Virus record (IMG/VR): IMGVR_UViG_3300030434_000006
Span: 955-64,954 of that record
Strand: one strand, 5' to 3'
Source: a virus
Lineage: Duplodnaviria > Heunggongvirae > Uroviricota > Caudoviricetes
DNA: 64,000 nt
Positions 37,010-46,134 of the stretch are shown piece after piece (positions within the stretch are counted from its first letter, which is position 1; each line of letters opens with the position of its first letter). The notes under the pieces were generated by a model that was not told where the DNA came from, searched no databases, and was given only the letters and a program-made list of their open reading frames with translations. The position numbers and the translations under genes are program-made.

Positions 37010-38284
37010 ATGTCCAAAGTTAACTGGGATGACCACAGAAAAGCCTTCATCGAGCAGAAGGCGCAGAACGGGATAACCGTCAAAGAGTACTGTGAGCACT
37101 ACGGTCTGCCGTTTAACACCGCACGCCGGGAGCTGAACGGCAAAGCGCTGGCCGCAATGCGTGATCTGGCTGGTGATCACAATCATGATCATTCGAGTGA
37201 TCACGCTTCTGATCATCAAAATGATCACACCAGACAAGAAGACCTGATCATCCGCCGAAACGGGCGCAAAGTCAGGCACAGCGCAGCTTTAGAGGGGGTA
37301 CTGGAACCACGCGCTGACGCAGCAGCGCAGCCAGGCGGGAAGAAAAAGCCCAATGCTTCACATGCCAAAAAGATCATAAATGCCAGTGATCAGGATTCCG
37401 GTCGCCCTAAGCACACCCCAAAGCCACGCGGGGAGGGAAAACCGTTTGAGGAAGGGCATGAAACCAAGCTGGTGGCCAACCGGCGCGGCTACCCACGGCC
37501 AGAGGATTATGAATCAGCATTAGAGGTGCTGGGCGAGGGCGTGGAAGCCAGCGCCATGACGGTGCTGTTTGACTCGCTGGCTCACATGGACCTTCTGAAG
37601 CGCACCACGGCGCGGGCGGTCGAACTGTTTGAGCTGGAAGCCAGTAACCTGAAGAACGGCGGCAAAAAGGATGATGACGAAGGCGGCGGCGGGCCACACC
37701 CAATCCTCAAGATGACCAAGCTGATGATCGAGGTCGGTTATCTGGTCAATGACCACGCTACGCGGGTGGCGGCAATCGCCAGCGGCACCGATAAGAACCG
37801 GCGCGACAATGAGAAGCATGCACTGACGCATAACGCCGGTGAGGTGATCAGCCGTGCCTACCAACTGCGCGAGGAAAAGGACTGGGATTTACTGGAGACG
37901 GCGGAGTACATCGAGCGGCACGGTATCAAACTGCCAGAGTCACTATCCAGACGCCTTGAGAACGAGCTCAAGAACGCCGAACCGCCAGTTGATGAAACCG
38001 GCGCGGTTACAGAGGACCAGCTGGACCAGGATGCACGTAAGTTCCGGGAACAGCAGGCCACCAGCGCGGCGTTTGTTGAGGCGCGCCGTGCGGAAGTGGC
38101 AGCGCTGGTGGATGGCAGCGGATTCGGTGACGTCCAAGCAGACGGAGAGAACCGCGCCGGCGAAACAGCGGGCGAGGGTAATCTCAGCGGCAACTTTGAC
38201 TACATGGCCACGGCGGAGCTGTACGGAGACGACGACGATATCCCGCCTGACATAGACGTCATACAGGGCGAGGACGACGCCTGA
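37010..38284 (+). CDS. terminase small subunit, PacA-like
   Basis: 424 aa directly upstream of, and overlapping, the large terminase; N-terminal DNA-binding-like segment; contains the TGATCA hexamer array. Confidence 0.55.
   Translation: MSKVNWDDHRKAFIEQKAQNGITVKEYCEHYGLPFNTARRELNGKALAAMRDLAGDHNHDHSSDHASDHQNDHTRQEDLIIRRNGRKVRHSAALEGVLEPRADAAAQPGGKKKPNASHAKKIINASDQDSGRPKHTPKPRGEGKPFEEGHETKLVANRRGYPRPEDYESALEVLGEGVEASAMTVLFDSLAHMDLLKRTTARAVELFELEASNLKNGGKKDDDEGGGGPHPILKMTKLMIEVGYLVNDHATRVAAIASGTDKNRRDNEKHALTHNAGEVISRAYQLREEKDWDLLETAEYIERHGIKLPESLSRRLENELKNAEPPVDETGAVTEDQLDQDARKFREQQATSAAFVEARRAEVAALVDGSGFGDVQADGENRAGETAGEGNLSGNFDYMATAELYGDDDDIPPDIDVIQGEDDA
37162..37250 (+). other. pac-like site: TGATC(A/T) hexamers at 12-bp periodicity inside pacA
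   Basis: hexamers at 37162, 37174, 37186, 37198, 37210 and 37222, plus 37245; together they encode GDHNHDHSSDHASDHQNDH. Confidence 0.55.
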
Positions 38285-39795
38285 TGAGCGGTAAGAAGCG
38301 CATAAAGAGCGTTACTACAGACCCGCGCTGGCGCGACATGGTTATCCGCTACCGCTATAACTGGGCGCTGGCCGTCGTTGAGCTGTTTGGCATGATCCCC
38401 ACCTGGCAGCAGGAAGAGATCATGAACTCCGTACAGGAGACGGGGAGCCAGACTACCGTGACGTCCGGACACGGAACGGGTAAATCATCCCTGACGGCCA
38501 TGATGCTGCTGATCTACATGATCATGTACCCGGATGCCCGCGTAATCATCGTGGCCAACAAAATCGGGCAGGTTAAGACCGGCGTTTTCAAGTACGTCAA
38601 AACCTACTGGGCGAACGCCGCCAGACGTCACCCGTGGCTTCAAAACTACTTCACCCTGACCGACACTATGTTTTACGAGAAGTCGCGTAAGGGCATCTGG
38701 GAGGTGCTCTGTAAGGGCTATCGCCTGGGTAACGAGGAAGCGCTTGCCGGTGAGCACGCAGCACACATTCTGCTGATCCTTGATGAGGCGTCGGGTATCT
38801 CTGACAAAGCGATCGCAATCATGCGTGGTGCGCTGACAGAAGAAGATAACCGCATGCTGATGATGTCGCAGCCTACTCGCCCCAGTGGTTACTTCTATGA
38901 CTCGCACCATTCGTTAGCCAGACACCCGGATAACCCTAACGGCTTCTGGAATGCCATTGTCCTCAATTCCGAGGAAGCGCCGCACGTTACCCTGAAATTC
39001 ATCCGTGAAAAGCTGGTGGAGTACGGGGGCCGCGATTCACTGGAATACATGGTGAAGGTGCTGGGCCGCTTCCCGCGCAACGTCAGCGGCTATCTGCTGG
39101 GGCGTGACGAGTGCGATCGCGCAGCGCGCCGGAAAGTGTATCTGGAAAAGGGCTGGGGATGGGTGGCCACCGCCGACGTCGGTAACGGGAGGGATAAGTC
39201 GATCCTCAATATCTGCAAGGTATCCGGGTACGGCGATGCGCGCCGCGTCGTGTCGTTTAAGCTGCTGGAAATGCCCGGCACAATGGACCCGATCTCGTTC
39301 GGTGACTACATCGCTAACGAATGCACCCAGGAGCGATATCCGGGCATCACCATTGCGGTAGATGGCGACGGCGTGGGTTCAGGTACGCTCAAGCAGCTGG
39401 AGCGCCGGGGCGTTAATGCAATCAGTATCCGCTGGGGCCAGCCGCCTTTCAGTAAGAAGGTGAGAGAGCGATTCAAGAATCAGCGCGCCTGGTCGAACAT
39501 CATGGCCGCTGACGCGATCCGGTCGGGCCGGATGCGCATTGATATGTCACAGCACACGGCAGAGCAGGCCTCAAAGATTCCGTACTTCATGGATGAAATG
39601 GGGCGAATTATGATGGTGCCGAAGCCTCAGATGCGTCAGAAACTTAACATCAAATCACCTGACCGCTGGGATACCTACTGCTTCATCTTCCTGATTGGCT
39701 ACCGTCCGGCAGAGGCCGAACTGAGCGAAGATATGGCTGACTTTACGCAGAGCAAACTGGATGAGCTGTCGGAGCTGGACGCGCTGCTGGGCTGA
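38284..39795 (+). CDS. terminase large subunit, PacB-like
   Basis: 503 aa; Walker A VTSGHGTGKS; Walker B-like ILLILDEASG; size matches P1 PacB. Confidence 0.75.
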   Translation: MSGKKRIKSVTTDPRWRDMVIRYRYNWALAVVELFGMIPTWQQEEIMNSVQETGSQTTVTSGHGTGKSSLTAMMLLIYMIMYPDARVIIVANKIGQVKTGVFKYVKTYWANAARRHPWLQNYFTLTDTMFYEKSRKGIWEVLCKGYRLGNEEALAGEHAAHILLILDEASGISDKAIAIMRGALTEEDNRMLMMSQPTRPSGYFYDSHHSLARHPDNPNGFWNAIVLNSEEAPHVTLKFIREKLVEYGGRDSLEYMVKVLGRFPRNVSGYLLGRDECDRAARRKVYLEKGWGWVATADVGNGRDKSILNICKVSGYGDARRVVSFKLLEMPGTMDPISFGDYIANECTQERYPGITIAVDGDGVGSGTLKQLERRGVNAISIRWGQPPFSKKVRERFKNQRAWSNIMAADAIRSGRMRIDMSQHTAEQASKIPYFMDEMGRIMMVPKPQMRQKLNIKSPDRWDTYCFIFLIGYRPAEAELSEDMADFTQSKLDELSELDALLG

Positions 39796-39866
39796 CCACC
39801 AGCAGGCAACCACTATAGTCAGTAAACGAATGAAATTCGGTCAGGCTGACTGATTTACGGCCACAA

Positions 39867-39895
39867 AAAAGGGCGCTTATGCGCCCTTCTGTTTT
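39867..39895. terminator. bidirectional terminator
   Basis: aagggcgc-ttat-gcgccctt; T-run on the minus side (aaaaaa on plus) and ctgttttct on the plus side. Confidence 0.7.
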
Positions 39896-39921
39896 CTCTG
39901 CTGGTGGCAGAGCATTGATTA

Positions 39922-41001
39922 TTATTTGCTCTGATTTTTCAGGTTACTTTCCAGCTCACGCAGCAGGCTATACATGTTGCGCATGTTCTTTCCGGCGCGT
40001 GGCTCTTCGCCACCGTAACGCTTGCGGATCTCCGGCATGGTCAGCTGTTCGGTATCGCCTGCAGCCACCTTCTTATCCAGCAGCGCCCAGTCGTATGCTT
40101 CCAGCTTTTCCAGCAGGTCACGGTTTTCGTCAATTTCAGCCTTAAACAGGCGTGCTTCCTGCGCGTCCTTTGCCTTAGCAATCTTCGCCTTCGCCCTGGT
40201 CTCAAACTGAGTGCGGCGCGTGTTCACCGTATACGCCACAGAAGAACGCTGAGCGGCCAGCTGCTTGCTGTAATCCACGTCTTCCATCGTGTACAGCTTG
40301 GCATTCGGCAGTACTGAGCATGCCACGGGAGAAATCGCGTCGTAAGAGGACGTGTACCCGCCGTTACTGTTAACGTTCAGCCTGATATCACGCTCTTTGT
40401 TCAGGTTTTCACCGTAGATAAGCATGCCGTGCGCGCCATAACGGAACGATTCGCCCTCATCTTTTTTGTCGTCGGTGTAGCGCGCAGTCACCTGAATGTC
40501 AGAGTAGTTGCTGGTGCGGGCGCGGTACATTGCGCCTGGCGCTGCGGCTTCAAACGCCTTCATTTCGTCTTCCAGCGACATGATGGCACCGGCAGCGAAC
40601 GGAACCTTACGCAGCTTGCCGATCTGCTTTTCGTAGCGCTTCAGGATATCTTCACGGGTGTGGTTCGCGGTCGCCGTAGCGCGGAAGCGGTTGATAGTGA
40701 CTTGCTTCGGCTCAACGATCAGGGTCGGCACCGGCAGGTAAAGGTTAGTCGTGATCGCGATAGAACGCGCCTGGCGTTTCTCTTCTGCCAGGTCGGCAAA
40801 GCTCTGCCAGTCGGCCAGCAGGTGTTCTGCGCGCTGAAAGGTCTTCTTATCAGTGATAAAGCCGATCGGGCGGCATTCCTCACCCATAGCGTTTTTATCA
40901 ATGAAAATCTGGTTGTCCGTGATGAGAGTCAGCCACTCTTTTTGTACCTGTAGAAAATGTTTATAGCGCTTCTCAAATTCTACATCGCTGAAGTTAGGCA
41001 T
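39922..41001 (-). CDS. hypothetical protein divergent from the lox/cre-like locus
   Basis: 359 aa; occupies the position that c1 holds relative to loxP-cre in P1, but shows no recognisable similarity. Confidence 0.3.
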   Translation of the reverse strand: MPNFSDVEFEKRYKHFLQVQKEWLTLITDNQIFIDKNAMGEECRPIGFITDKKTFQRAEHLLADWQSFADLAEEKRQARSIAITTNLYLPVPTLIVEPKQVTINRFRATATANHTREDILKRYEKQIGKLRKVPFAAGAIMSLEDEMKAFEAAAPGAMYRARTSNYSDIQVTARYTDDKKDEGESFRYGAHGMLIYGENLNKERDIRLNVNSNGGYTSSYDAISPVACSVLPNAKLYTMEDVDYSKQLAAQRSSVAYTVNTRRTQFETRAKAKIAKAKDAQEARLFKAEIDENRDLLEKLEAYDWALLDKKVAAGDTEQLTMPEIRKRYGGEEPRAGKNMRNMYSLLRELESNLKNQSK

Positions 41002-41386
41002 AATTGTATTCCAAAAAAATTAATGAGCGGTGCAAGTCTCTCTGGACTTAATGGAGGCGAATATAGACAGAATCAGTAGCCATGTAAAATTAACTCTCCT
41101 TAGAATTGCAATAATAAGAATAGTCTGCATTGTGCATCTGTCAGATATTTCCGCTGTACACGCTTATTAACAAACTGTGTGTTCAGGGTTGTGTAACAGG
41201 TATCAGGTGCAAAGCGCCTGGGCAAATGGTCCCGACTGATAATAGTTACCTTTAGCAATCAATTTGCATGCCAAATGATCATATATGAAGGTATGGTGCC
41301 GATCACGAACAATAACGTAACGAATTTGCAAATTTTTCGATTTGGCTACTCTTTCAGGCAGTCGCTTTACAAAAAGTGTCAAAATA

Positions 41387-41422
41387 GGAAACTTTAAATA
41401 ATAAGTCTTATATAAAGTTTCC
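41387..41422. other. lox-like recombination site candidate (14-8-14)
   Basis: GGAAACTTTAAATA-ATAAGTCT-TATATAAAGTTTCC; arms 13/14 complementary, 8-bp asymmetric spacer; 190 bp upstream of the Cre-like gene. Confidence 0.5.
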
Positions 41423-41611
41423 CCTGATTCATGTATGCTTGATCAGTGGTTGATGATCAAATGATCAGGTAAACGAAGCCGCTGGCAAAATGTATGCTTT
41501 CTGAGCGGTTTTGCATCAGGCGTCGCTACGTGAAATCTGACGTATCACACCCCTGCTGTTTTCGTAGATTTCGCGTAGCGTTGTCTCTCTGATTTGGGAT
41601 GAAATATATAA

Positions 41612-42643
41612 ATGAAACATCTGGCTCAAATAAAGACCGGCGCACTCCCGGCAGAATTAACGCAATTAACGCCGGAAGACATTGCAAATAACCTGCGCAG
41701 ATTCATCGCAGATAAGGCCGCTTATTCCGAGAATACTTTCCGCGACCTGTTATCCGTTATCCGGCGCTGGGCCTTCTGGTGCAACGAGCGCGATGTGGGC
41801 TACCTGCCGATCGACCCCGAGCTGGCGCGGGAGTACTTTCTGCAGATGGCAGAAAGCGGCCTGGCATCGAGCACGATCGACAAACACTATGCCATGATGA
41901 ACATGCTGTGCCGGGAAAGCGGCCTGCCGGATCTCCGGGGAAGCGTGGACCTGAAACGTTCCATGAAACGCATCCGCCGCGAGGCCGTGCTGCAGGGTGA
42001 ACGCACCGGCCAGGCTGTGCCGTTCCGCCTGCCGGACCTGCAGCTGCTGTCGCACCTCATGGGCCGCTCCGACCGGCTGACCGATCAGCGAAACCTGGCA
42101 TTTCTGTTTGTGGCCTACAACACCCTGTGCCGTATGTCCGAACTCAGCCGCATCCGGGTGCGCGACCTGGATATCAGCGACAGTGGCCATGTGGTGATCA
42201 ACCTGTCACACACTAAAACGATGGTGACGGCCGCGGGCGTGGTCAAGCACCTCAGCCGCGCCGCTGCCGGTCATCTGATGCACTGGCTGGAGCTGTCCGG
42301 GCTGATTCATCATCCGGACGCGATGGTTTTCGGTCCGGTCCGCCACAACAACACGGCTGGCGTGTCGGAAAAGCCAATGTCTGCACCGGCGACCGAGAAG
42401 ATTTTCAAAGACGCATGGGATCTGCTGGGGAAAGAGCCGGTGCAGGATAACAAAGGCCGCTACGCCAAATGGTCCGGCCACAGCGCCCGCGTGGGTGCCG
42501 CGATGGATATGGCCGAACGTGACGCGACGATTACTCAGATCATGCAGGAAGGCACCTGGCAGGATCCGAAAACCGTTATGCGCTACCTTCGCCGCTCTGA
42601 AAGTCAAAAAGGAAAAATGTCTGGCATACTGGACGGAGAATAG
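41612..42643 (+). CDS. Cre-like tyrosine site-specific recombinase
   Basis: 343 aa (same length as P1 Cre); NLAFLFVAYNTLCRMSELSRIRVRDLD matches Cre NLAFLGIAYNTLLRIAEIARIRVKDIS; WSGHSARVGAAMDMA matches WSGHSARVGAARDMA; catalytic Tyr in VMRYLR. Confidence 0.85.
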   Translation: MKHLAQIKTGALPAELTQLTPEDIANNLRRFIADKAAYSENTFRDLLSVIRRWAFWCNERDVGYLPIDPELAREYFLQMAESGLASSTIDKHYAMMNMLCRESGLPDLRGSVDLKRSMKRIRREAVLQGERTGQAVPFRLPDLQLLSHLMGRSDRLTDQRNLAFLFVAYNTLCRMSELSRIRVRDLDISDSGHVVINLSHTKTMVTAAGVVKHLSRAAAGHLMHWLELSGLIHHPDAMVFGPVRHNNTAGVSEKPMSAPATEKIFKDAWDLLGKEPVQDNKGRYAKWSGHSARVGAAMDMAERDATITQIMQEGTWQDPKTVMRYLRRSESQKGKMSGILDGE

Positions 42644-42646
42644 AGA

Positions 42647-42668
42647 TTTAGATTTATTGAAATCTAAA
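42647..42668. promoter_or_regulatory. perfect 9-4-9 palindrome TTTAGATTT-ATTG-AAATCTAAA
   Basis: begins 4 nt after the cre-like stop; shares the AATCTAA half-site with the IRs at 28364/29754 and the palindrome at 62359. Confidence 0.45.
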
Positions 42669-42736
42669 GAAATAATAATTGTAACGTTAACATTTATCCC
42701 CCACAATTCGGGCCATCCCGCATCCTGCGAATACCG

Positions 42737-43069
42737 ATGGCCAGACAACAAATCTTACTGACACGAACGTTCACCATTGACGGCCACCAGCTGACCTTCA
42801 CCGCAATCAAGCGCGGCGTAGTGGCACTGGTGGAATATGGCGTGTCTACGCTGTCAGAAGCCGTCCCGCTGCTAACCCTCGAAAAACCCAGGATCGACCA
42901 ATATAGCGCCTGCTACTACGTGGAAAACATCACCGAGCGCGCTGCAAATAAGCTACTGGAGTATTTCAGAAGCGAATTTGCAGCCGTTGTCGGGCTGGTG
43001 GACCGCGCTTTCACCCGGCAGGAAACCAACACCTTAAGCAGCCGGGAACGGCTCTTTACGGGGAAATAA
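42737..43069 (+). CDS. hypothetical protein
   Basis: 110 aa. Confidence 0.3.
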   Translation: MARQQILLTRTFTIDGHQLTFTAIKRGVVALVEYGVSTLSEAVPLLTLEKPRIDQYSACYYVENITERAANKLLEYFRSEFAAVVGLVDRAFTRQETNTLSSRERLFTGK

Positions 43070-43527
43070 TGTCTGTAACCGGCAACGTCGTTAACTTCTT
43101 CGTGGCTGTGGCAATGGCACACGACGTCTCTAACCCTATCGGCACCTATTCCAGCGGCTCTTATGTCGATTCCTGCACCGGCCAGTACTGGGGCGAGGAA
43201 ATATTCAGGCACCCCAAAACCGTCGCATCACTCGTTAAATTCGGCGCGATCGAATACGCCCGCGATCCGGACCAGGGCGAAATCATCCGCTTTGAGGACC
43301 GCCGCGAAGTGCTCAGCGAGTTTGCGCGTGGCTATGCCGACGCAGAAGACGGCCAGTGTACCGAGGAAGGCGCGATCGAGTCCGTCGTGCCGCATGCCTA
43401 CCTGTCAGGCGCGCAATTCTGCCGCAGGCGCAGCAAGCTGGGCGGTATGGCTTTCAGGCTGGATCAGGGCCGCGTGTGTCACGGCGTGCTATGCGTTGAT
43501 ACGGGCGAGAAGTGGACACAGGACTAA
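43069..43527 (+). CDS. hypothetical protein
   Basis: 152 aa, start overlaps the previous stop. Confidence 0.3.
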   Translation: MSVTGNVVNFFVAVAMAHDVSNPIGTYSSGSYVDSCTGQYWGEEIFRHPKTVASLVKFGAIEYARDPDQGEIIRFEDRREVLSEFARGYADAEDGQCTEEGAIESVVPHAYLSGAQFCRRRSKLGGMAFRLDQGRVCHGVLCVDTGEKWTQD

Positions 43528-43537
43528 AGAAAAAGGG

Positions 43538-43561
43538 AACCATTGCTGGCTCCCTTTTTCC
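43538..43561 (+). terminator. rho-independent terminator
   Basis: gggaacc-attgct-ggctccc followed by T5. Confidence 0.55.
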
Positions 43562-43634
43562 GTTCGTTCTGGTTCAGACGTTAACCACTGGATGTAGGTA
43601 TCCGAAATAAACCAATGGCAAGGATAACAGAACA

Positions 43635-44126
43635 TTGAAGCGCCTTTTACCAAAACTTAAAGTTTTTCGCGCCCGATATCCGGAAACGGCCTCAGCTGTG
43701 CTGATGCTGCTGAAGGATGAGCGTATCGCCACGCGCCGCCGCTTTACCCGCGCCCTGCCGGACACATCAACGCACGTCATCCGGGGAACGCTGCTGGACC
43801 TCCTGAAAAACGGACTGATCACGCGATCCATTGATAACGAGTACAGCCTGGCGGTGACGCCCGCTTATGCCGCCAGACTGACGCCCCTGAAAATGGGGAA
43901 GACCGAAGAGTACATTCTGATGCTGCTCGATCAGAACCGGTACATCACCGCCAGACAGGTACGCCAGGAGTTTGACGTAAGCCATTCCCTCTTTCTGCAG
44001 TCCGTGAAGAAACTGATTGCTCGCGGGCTGGTGGAGTACACAGACGTCCCTCTCTATGAGAACTCTGTCCGCAAACGCCGCCATTACACCTTTAAATCAC
44101 CGGAGTTAAGCCATGCCTCAAATTAA
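43635..44126 (+). CDS. putative winged-helix DNA-binding protein
   Basis: 163 aa; two MarR-like wHTH-looking segments (RGTLLDLLKNGLI and QSVKKLIARGLV). Confidence 0.3.
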   Translation: MKRLLPKLKVFRARYPETASAVLMLLKDERIATRRRFTRALPDTSTHVIRGTLLDLLKNGLITRSIDNEYSLAVTPAYAARLTPLKMGKTEEYILMLLDQNRYITARQVRQEFDVSHSLFLQSVKKLIARGLVEYTDVPLYENSVRKRRHYTFKSPELSHASN

Positions 44127-44697
44127 GATCAAACGTCTCACACCAGACGCAAAACTGCCGTTCCGTGGTTCGGACGGCGCTGCAGCGTGGGATATCACCG
44201 CGCTGGACGTGAAAAATAACGTCGTACTGACTCAGGGCGCAACCCGTCAGCCGCGTGCGTGGTGGGTCACGACCGGGCTGGCCGTGGAGATCCCATCAGG
44301 CTACTGCATGAAGATTTATCCTCGTTCCGGGCTGGCTGTGAACAACTTCCTGCGCCTGGCGAACAACGTGGCCATCATCGACAGCGATTACCGTGGCGAG
44401 ATCAAATTGCGCATGATTGCCGATGAAGGCGGTCAGTTCATTGAGCCGAAGGCTGGCATGGTCATCGCGCAGGCAACGATCGAGAAAGTTGAGTCAGTCA
44501 CCTGGAAAGAAGTCGATCAGCTGTCAGAAACTGCCCGTGGCGATGGCGGCTTTGGGTCTACTACGCCGGTACAGACCAACCCGACGCCTGTCGAAGACGA
44601 TACCAGCACGACCCCTGCCGACTCGCAGGAACCCGCTCAGGTTGAAGAGTCAGCGGTGAACGAAACCAGCACCAGCACTAAGACCACCAGCAAATAA
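44113..44697 (+). CDS. dut: dUTPase
   Basis: dUTPase motif 3 IDSDYRGEI, motif 5 RGDGGFGST, plus an acidic P/T-rich tail. Confidence 0.8.
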   Translation: MPQIKIKRLTPDAKLPFRGSDGAAAWDITALDVKNNVVLTQGATRQPRAWWVTTGLAVEIPSGYCMKIYPRSGLAVNNFLRLANNVAIIDSDYRGEIKLRMIADEGGQFIEPKAGMVIAQATIEKVESVTWKEVDQLSETARGDGGFGSTTPVQTNPTPVEDDTSTTPADSQEPAQVEESAVNETSTSTKTTSK

Positions 44698-44706
44698 GGC
44701 GCTATC

Positions 44707-45501
44707 ATGACTCAGTACATTATCAGTAAGACCACGGCCATTGAGGTCAATGAGAAGAACGAGATCGGCCCGGAAAACCTTGAGATTGCGCTTGTGGCCG
44801 CGCTGGGCTTTGAGCCGCAGGAAGTTGAAGGCGTCACTGTATGGGCTAACAAAAATGAGCGCTTCTGGCTGCTGCACAGCCTGGAATTGCCGCAGGATGC
44901 CGCTAAACGTCAGGAAGCGGTAAACGCCATCAATGAGAAGACCGGCGCGCTGCCCTTGGCTCCGACGTTGGATAAGAGCTTTGCGCAGCTGCTCATGCGT
45001 CAAATGTCGATGAATATTAGTGGCGAGGCATTTGTGGATGGTTCGCTTACCGGCCTGTGGCGCGTGGAGACGGTCAGCCCGTACATGCCCCATAACGCAC
45101 AGCTGCACGGCATTCTGACCGGCAGGTTACAGCATGTCAGCGTGGCGCACACCTCTCTGCCACTGGCCGTGTGTGTCCTGTTCCTCCAGGCGTTAGGCGT
45201 TGGCCAGCATGCTTATGTGTATATCCCGGACGGCGTAGAGGCCGAGCCACAGCTGATCTACATCACAGTTGAGAATGAGAAAGCCCTGAAGGCAATTGCC
45301 CCGGAAGCGAGTCTTTTCCGCATGGAAGGCCTGGACAAGTTTGCGGTTGTCGGACTGGATGCTGATATGGTGAAAGAGGCCATCGAAAAGGCGCAGCTGC
45401 AGCGCACTATCCTGCTGGCAAAGGCGAAAACCAACGCCCCACAGCCTCAGCCGGAGCTGGTGGCCGCAGCGGCAGCGGCTGAACCGCAAAAAGCGGAATA
45501 A
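44707..45501 (+). CDS. hypothetical protein
   Basis: 264 aa. Confidence 0.3.
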   Translation: MTQYIISKTTAIEVNEKNEIGPENLEIALVAALGFEPQEVEGVTVWANKNERFWLLHSLELPQDAAKRQEAVNAINEKTGALPLAPTLDKSFAQLLMRQMSMNISGEAFVDGSLTGLWRVETVSPYMPHNAQLHGILTGRLQHVSVAHTSLPLAVCVLFLQALGVGQHAYVYIPDGVEAEPQLIYITVENEKALKAIAPEASLFRMEGLDKFAVVGLDADMVKEAIEKAQLQRTILLAKAKTNAPQPQPELVAAAAAAEPQKAE

Positions 45502-45640
45502 AAGGCGTTAGTACCTGCCAGAATTAGCAGGTAAAGATGCTTCAGGCTGGTGATGAAATGGCTTGTATAAATCTAAGGGTTTGGTAATTTACAAACCGGA
45601 TGTTTCTTGATTGATGTTGCCATTAGCCTTTGCTCTCCAA

Positions 45641-45666
45641 AGCCCCTTAATCGGGGCTTTTTTTAT
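45641..45666 (+). terminator. rho-independent terminator
   Basis: aaagcccc-ttaat-cggggctt followed by T7. Confidence 0.7.
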
Positions 45667-45754
45667 GCCTGTCGATACCCGGAAGGCATTACCTCTGTTG
45701 CGTCTTATACTCATCACAGGAGCTGTATAACGCTAATCAGAATGGAGCATTGCA

Positions 45755-46132
45755 ATGGCCTTTCAGAGCCCCGCCCAGAACTACACTGAAACGCGCCTGA
45801 ACCTGGGCGATCTGGTATCTCTTTCCCCCTTCTCAACCTATCTGATGCGCAGCGAATCCGACTGCCCCGGCGCCGGGATTGTCAAAGGGTCCGTGCTGGC
45901 CATCGATCGCGCCCTGACGCCGGCGCACGGCCAGCTTATAGTGGCGGAGTTCGAAGGCGACCTGACACTGAGGCGGCTGTTGCTCAATCCGGTTCCCGCC
46001 CTCCAGGCACTGGACGCGGACGAGACAGTAACACTGCTCGATGTGAGCCAGGAGCTTCCTGTGTGGGGTGTGGTGGCTTATGCCTTAACCGATGTGGCCG
46101 GGATCGGCTTTAATGGGCCTGCAGGAGGTTAA
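45755..46132 (+). CDS. UmuD-prime-like protein (pre-processed form, P1 HumD-like)
   Basis: 125 aa; S24 peptidase C-terminal fold without the N-terminal cleavable arm; SD GGAG; directly upstream of umuC. Confidence 0.55.
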   Translation: MAFQSPAQNYTETRLNLGDLVSLSPFSTYLMRSESDCPGAGIVKGSVLAIDRALTPAHGQLIVAEFEGDLTLRRLLLNPVPALQALDADETVTLLDVSQELPVWGVVAYALTDVAGIGFNGPAGG

Positions 46133-46134
46133 GC

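Noticed and set aside
43651-43667. Palindrome AAAACTTAAAGTTTT resembling the lox-like arms
   Set aside because: Lies inside the coding sequence of the 163-aa gene; short; likely chance
45700-45754. Possible LexA box upstream of the UmuD-prime-like gene (CTGTATAACGCTAATCAG)
   Set aside because: The second half-site is TCAG at the wrong spacing, not CTGT-N8-ACAG
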